Source: Dudresnaya verticillata (Eukaryota). Taken from it: 64,000 bases of DNA. Location of the stretch: contig OZ374564.1 of assembly GCA_977862235.1 (NCBI GenBank), forward strand, positions 1,984,001 through 2,048,000. Reading direction: 5' to 3'. This document shows, in pieces, positions 59,869-64,000 of this stretch. Position numbers and translations under genes: made by a program. Numbering within the stretch: the first letter of the stretch is position 1; each line of letters begins with the position of its first letter. The notes under the pieces are model-generated. The model saw only the letters and a list, made by a program, of their open reading frames with translations. It had not been told where the DNA came from and made no database searches.

Positions 59869-60586
59869 TGTGGTACAACGGGCATTGACGCCCTGTAAGG
59901 AGCCACGTGGACACGAGTCCTCTGTAAGGAATGACAGGCGCACAACTGCCCGGATGATATGGCTGGCTTACAGATTGATTTAATTGCTGAAGCGCTCCTA
60001 CGCTGTAAGGCAACACGTGTACAGAGTTAATCTGTAAGGCACATTGCTGATATGGCACTGTGCCATTCGGGGATTAACCATAACCGCACCATCGCGCCAT
60101 GCATTGCTGGCGGATGTTTGCCCCGCGGCGCCTGACAGTGGCACCGCGCTGGTCTTGTGGCCTAACCACTCATTCCTATCTAAGGACGTATCATACCTGT
60201 ATTGTACAGTATTAGCTAAGTATTAGCTATAGAGCTCTAACTGAGCGAGTAGCACCTTTTCGGCTCTCGCCGTATTTATGGGGCCCCTGAGTAGCAGGGG
60301 CCCGGCACTAAACCGGCAGCGGTCTGTGCTTTGTTTTCCCTTTTTGGACGCTTACGGTGCTACCGCTACAACTTCCCTTTGGGCGTCTACAAGCCCTGTC
60401 GTCTACGACGAATTGCTCTATTCAGCAGGGTTCGCCTTTCCCTTTTTCCTTTGTTAGGGCTTTAAGCCCTTTCAAGTCTCTACCACCCCTTTACCGAGCT
60501 ACCAACCACGCGAGTGGGATCGCTCTTTGAGGACAGCTGTCGTGCCGTGTCGCCGTCTCTGTTGGCTTCAAAGCCATTCTACTACA
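59869..60586 (+). repeat. 3' LTR of element A
   Basis: Direct repeat of 27119-27837 followed by TSD GCGCC. Confidence 0.95.
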
Positions 60587-60683
60587 GCGCCTGGTGGTAT
60601 TGCTCTGTGTGGGACCTGAGAGAGGGATCAAGCCGAAGAGGAGCGGTTCTTTTGCGGAGTGCGTCATTCGTGTGCTGCTATAA
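60587..60683 (+). pseudogene. Displaced 3' end of the acyltransferase-3-like gene
   Basis: Joining across the TSD gives ...WSR-LVVLLCVGPERGIKPKRSGSFAECVIRVLL* in frame (TAA 60681-60683). Confidence 0.65.
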
Positions 60684-61141
60684 AGGGGGGGTGCGACAAC
60701 TTTAAACGATTCCACAAATAACTGGTGCTGGTAGGGGTTCTAAACCACCAATTTCGACGCTTTTGGCTCCGTTTAAAAGCGCCTTGAGTGCTTTATATGT
60801 GGTGTAGAGCCTCTTTATGCGTAATGACAATGCATAGCAAGGGTGTGCATGCGTGTGCACGTCGCGCCGCGTACGATGCTGTGATCCATTAAAATCCGGA
60901 TTCGGGTCATCCGGTCTGGATCACAGGCTGTACGAAATGGATCACCTCGCCGTCGCCGCCGCCGCATCGAGTCTCTACTTGAGACGAGAGTGCACCCACC
61001 AGGTCGACAGAGCCTCCCGGGTGTGCCTCTCTCTTTTTCAAGAGAGTCCCCAGAATCTCTGGCGGTAGGCTTGTTTCAAGAGAGCCAGAAGAAGACGGCT
61101 AAGAGGGCAGCGACCTACCCCGACCCCTTTCTATTGTCACG

Positions 61142-61822
61142 ATGGGTATCTTTTCTACCAGTATCGCGGAACTCAGCGCGTTGATCGTGAAGGCCAAGAA
61201 GGTTGCTGCTGAAATGACCCTGGCAGACGCCGAGATTGACCCGACATGGATGACGGCCTATGCCAAGATTACTCGGCGATGCCGTGACGAAAAGGACTTC
61301 GGACTGAGCCGGTATCCTTATGAGCAAGGCCCCTCGGTGAATGCCTTCAATGGTGGCTTCTTCGAGCACCGAGAGTGGCCCATCCGCAAATATATGGAAA
61401 AGCATAATAGTCTACGCCCCGTCGCCCAGTACGAGGCGAACTACATCAACGCGTCGGGTTATTGGATTTCCTTCCACGAGGCTGCAATAGCGCTACGCCA
61501 GGAAGCTTTGCAAGAGAAGCAGGACGACGACGCCCTCAAGTTGGATGTGTGGGCTCTCATGTCCATCCGATACGCTCTAAGAGTTGTCGGATTGCGGTGC
61601 GAGTTCTACAAATTGGCGTCCAAGGACCCAACATATGCCAAACTGGTCATGCCTACCCTGGAAACAAGAGCTGACATGCCTGCTGCGGATGACCTGGTAG
61701 AGCTAATGGAGAAACTGGAATCTCACATGGCTACGCAATTGATGAAGGCGGTGGTCACCCTAAGCGCGAGCAACGCAACAAAGCGTGCCGGAGGTAGGGG
61801 TGGCGCCGCCAAGGACCAGTAG
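61142..61822 (+). CDS. ORF1 (gag-like) of the DIRS-like element
   Basis: 226-aa ORF directly upstream of, and overlapping, the RT frame. Confidence 0.65.
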   Translation: MGIFSTSIAELSALIVKAKKVAAEMTLADAEIDPTWMTAYAKITRRCRDEKDFGLSRYPYEQGPSVNAFNGGFFEHREWPIRKYMEKHNSLRPVAQYEANYINASGYWISFHEAAIALRQEALQEKQDDDALKLDVWALMSIRYALRVVGLRCEFYKLASKDPTYAKLVMPTLETRADMPAADDLVELMEKLESHMATQLMKAVVTLSASNATKRAGGRGGAAKDQ

Positions 61823-63780
61823 TCGACATTGGTTATCCGCGCCCGCTTTGTAGAAAGACTCAGAAGAGAGCTGAAGCATGGCGCGATCTCGGTTGCTCGG
61901 AATTCCTCTACCGAGCGATCAAGTTCGGCGTGAGCGACTTGCCTGCTCGCCCGTTCGTTCCTGGTGAAGGCGAGGAGCTCGGGGATCTTCCCCAGACCGA
62001 AGAGGATCTCCAGTTCGCATTTGCAGACTTGGAGGAAGGCTGCAGGACGGGTATTTACGAAGAGGTCGGCAGGGAGCACGTGGACAAGGCGGTGGTTCAG
62101 GGAGCGATCCTTTCTTCGGCCTTCACCGTCTGGCAGGAGACCGAGAATGGAAAAAAGGGACGTTTCGTACTGAACGTTTCCAAGCAGTCCAAACACTGGG
62201 ACAAGGGCTCCGTCAGAATGGAGTCGGTGGCGGAGTTCGCAAGTGGGCTACAACAGGGAGACTATCTGCTCTCGATGGATATCGAGAAGGGATACAGACA
62301 CCTTCGTTTAGCCCCTTGGATGCGGGACTGGTTCCTGTTCAAGTACCACGGGCGGTACTTCCGCTGCATCGCATTACCCTTTGGATCGGGGCGCTCACCA
62401 ATGTGGTTCACTCGCTTCATGGTGCCGTTCGTAACGGAGTTACGGAGACGGGGATTCCGCGCCCTCGCCTACCTCGACGATTTCTTGATCTCGCCCTCCC
62501 CTCTTGGTGTCGTAGCTTCGGTAGAGGACTGCGAGGTTGCTACGAGAGCGATAGACAAGCTGATGAGGAACTTGGGGCTCTCCCGTCACGCAACGAAGGG
62601 AGAATGGCAAGGTGCACAGGTAGTCAGTCACCTTGGGGTTGTCGTGGACACGAAGCAGATGAAGTTCTTCGTCCAGTTGCGGAAGGTCGAGAGCGTACGC
62701 GTTTTAGCGCGCCGACTCCTCAAGGAAGTACGCGTCGGTCGCCGATGGGTCTCAGAACGAGCCCTGCGTCACTTCTGTGGTGTATGCGTGTCGCTTACGC
62801 TGGCTATGCCATGGGCGCGCTTCTACACCCGATCACTATACTGGGACCTGTCCAAAGCACGCATGGATCAACGTGGGAGGCGTCGGATCAGTCACCAGGG
62901 CATACGGGACTTGTTGAAGTGGAAGGAGTTGTCCACAGCCGAACTGCAGGGACGCTGCATGCACCCGGTACAGCCCGATGCCGCGATGCATACCGACGCC
63001 GCAGACTTTGGATATGGAGGGACCCTAAATTTCCGCAGCTTTCTTCCTGTAATCGACGGACAATGGCGCGCACAGGGAGTATGGAGCTGGCGAGACCGAG
63101 CTTCCTGCATCTCTCTGCGGGAGTTGAAGGCAATCCGAAAGCTCCTCGCCGGCAAGCTCGGGAGCAAGTTGACCGCTCCAGAAAAGAGGAACCTGCTGCT
63201 ACACGTCGACAACCAGGCTGTAGTCCATGTCGCGAATGCCTTTGTTTCCTCCAGTCGTCCCATGATGCGCGAGCTGCGACGTTTGAAGGTGGTCCTGGAT
63301 CAACTGGGGCTGAATATCCGCAGCGAGTGGATTCCTTCGGCCGTAAACCGTTTCGCAGATGCCCTCTCGCGACGGTTCCCAGCCGGCGACCTCCAGATCC
63401 GCAAGCAGCTGCTGCGTTCCGTGCGGGATGGAATGGCAGCACCAGTCCAATCGTTTCGTTACCGGCCGTTGGGAGAGCATCCCGTCTTCCGACGCCATCA
63501 AGCCTTTCGCGAGCTGGACGCGCGTTGGCACGCGACGGACCAAGTACGGCTGTTATCACCTCCAGTGGACCTGATACAGGCGACAGTTCTCAAGTTGCAG
63601 CGCACCGAGGCCCCCGCAGTCCTCATGATACCAGAATGGCCACGCCAGCCTTGGTACCACGCTTCGATGCGTCTGGCCGGCCGGGTACAACGGCTCCCAC
63701 TCAACACCACGGACGTGTGGGAGGCACAGCGCACACTGAACCCGCAGTGGCGTCTCCTGGCTTTGGAGATCAACCTGTAA
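61798..63780 (+). CDS. DIRS-type RT + RNase H + methyltransferase-like domain
   Basis: LPFG..RSP, AYLDD; HTDA, ELKAI, VDN, NRFADALSR; SPP...LMIPEWPRQPWY; frame open from 61798. Confidence 0.9.
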   Translation, partial: GWRRQGPVVDIGYPRPLCRKTQKRAEAWRDLGCSEFLYRAIKFGVSDLPARPFVPGEGEELGDLPQTEEDLQFAFADLEEGCRTGIYEEVGREHVDKAVVQGAILSSAFTVWQETENGKKGRFVLNVSKQSKHWDKGSVRMESVAEFASGLQQGDYLLSMDIEKGYRHLRLAPWMRDWFLFKYHGRYFRCIALPFGSGRSPMWFTRFMVPFVTELRRRGFRALAYLDDFLISPSPLGVVASVEDCEVATRAIDKLMRNLGLSRHATKGEWQGAQVVSHLGVVVDTKQMKFFVQLRKVESVRVLARRLLKEVRVGRRWVSERALRHFCGVCVSLTLAMPWARFYTRSLYWDLSKARMDQRGRRRISHQGIRDLLKWKELSTAELQGRCMHPVQPDAAMHTDAADFGYGGTLNFRSFLPVIDGQWRAQGVWSWRDRASCISLRELKAIRKLLAGKLGSKLTAPEKRNLLLHVDNQAVVHVANAFVSSSRPMMRELRRLKVVLDQLGLNIRSEWIPSAVNRFADALSRRFPAGDLQIRKQLLRSVRDGMAAPVQSFRYRPLGEHPVFRRHQAFRELDARWHATDQVRLLSPPVDLIQATVLKLQRTEAPAVLMIPEWPRQPWYHASMRLAGRVQRLPLNTTDVWEAQRTLNPQWRLLALEINL

Positions 63781-63797
63781 CCCGGGCCACTGCTCGA

Positions 63798-64000
63798 ATG
63801 AGACTTGCTGCAGCCGGTTCATCACGCGTACAGGCTATCGCGGGTACCAGTGAAGGGGCTCAGCGTTCGCTACAGCTGGTGGCCTCCTTTGCATGGAGCC
63901 CACGTACTGTGCAATATAGAAACAGCCAATGGGAGACATGGGTTCAGTTCTGTACTGAGGAGAACGGAACAATTCTCCCAGTCACCGAGGGACACCTGGT
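63798..64000 (+). CDS. Tyrosine recombinase N-terminus (partial)
   Basis: Manual translation MRLAAAG...SPRTVQYRNSQWETWVQFCTEENGTILPVTEGHL fits the N-terminal SAM-like region of DIRS recombinases; catalytic part is outside the window. Confidence 0.7.
   Translation, partial: MRLAAAGSSRVQAIAGTSEGAQRSLQLVASFAWSPRTVQYRNSQWETWVQFCTEENGTILPVTEGHL

Larger units (their letters stand above)
27119..60586 (+). mobile_element. Element A: chromodomain-bearing Ty3/gypsy LTR retrotransposon (~14 kb native) with nested element B
   Basis: LTRs 27119-27837 and 59869-60586 (TGTGGTA...TACTACA); TSD GCGCC at 27114-27118 and 60587-60591; PBS, gag, pol, PPT. Confidence 0.96.
60980..64000 (+). mobile_element. DIRS-like tyrosine-recombinase retrotransposon (left end uncertain, runs off the window)
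   Basis: ORF1, RT-RH-MT-like ORF and the start of a YR ORF in DIRS order. Confidence 0.85.

Overview
Eukaryotic, intron-poor, transposon-rich DNA. The gene and TE repertoire suggests a florideophyte red alga (inference only). The left ~27 kb holds host genes: a small secreted Cys-containing protein, a pair of multipass membrane paralogs, two tandem membrane-anchored S1 serine proteases, a His-rich secreted 'HEHG' protein and an acyltransferase-3-like gene. It also holds a decayed 5.6-kb Ty3/gypsy element (7797-13354) with no TSD. The acyltransferase-like gene is split by a 33.5-kb nested structure. Chromovirus-like element A (27119-60586, + strand, TSD GCGCC) contains element B (40419-59866, - strand, TSD CGTGT), inserted at A's PPT/3'LTR junction. 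B carries a 5x 2028-bp tandem amplification of its integrase-core/chromodomain segment and a deletion in its 3' LTR. A DIRS-like tyrosine-recombinase retroelement starts at ~61 kb and runs off the window. Most notable: A and B both carry a large ANTISENSE ORF between pol and the 3' LTR. The two ORFs share a K-x-N-R...G-D-W-V-x-[FY]-x-P motif, and A's probable C-terminus carries SUMOylation consensus sites and a terminal SUMO-interacting motif. This is a candidate undescribed retrotransposon accessory (possibly anti-silencing) protein family. All comparisons were made by eye; no database searches were run.
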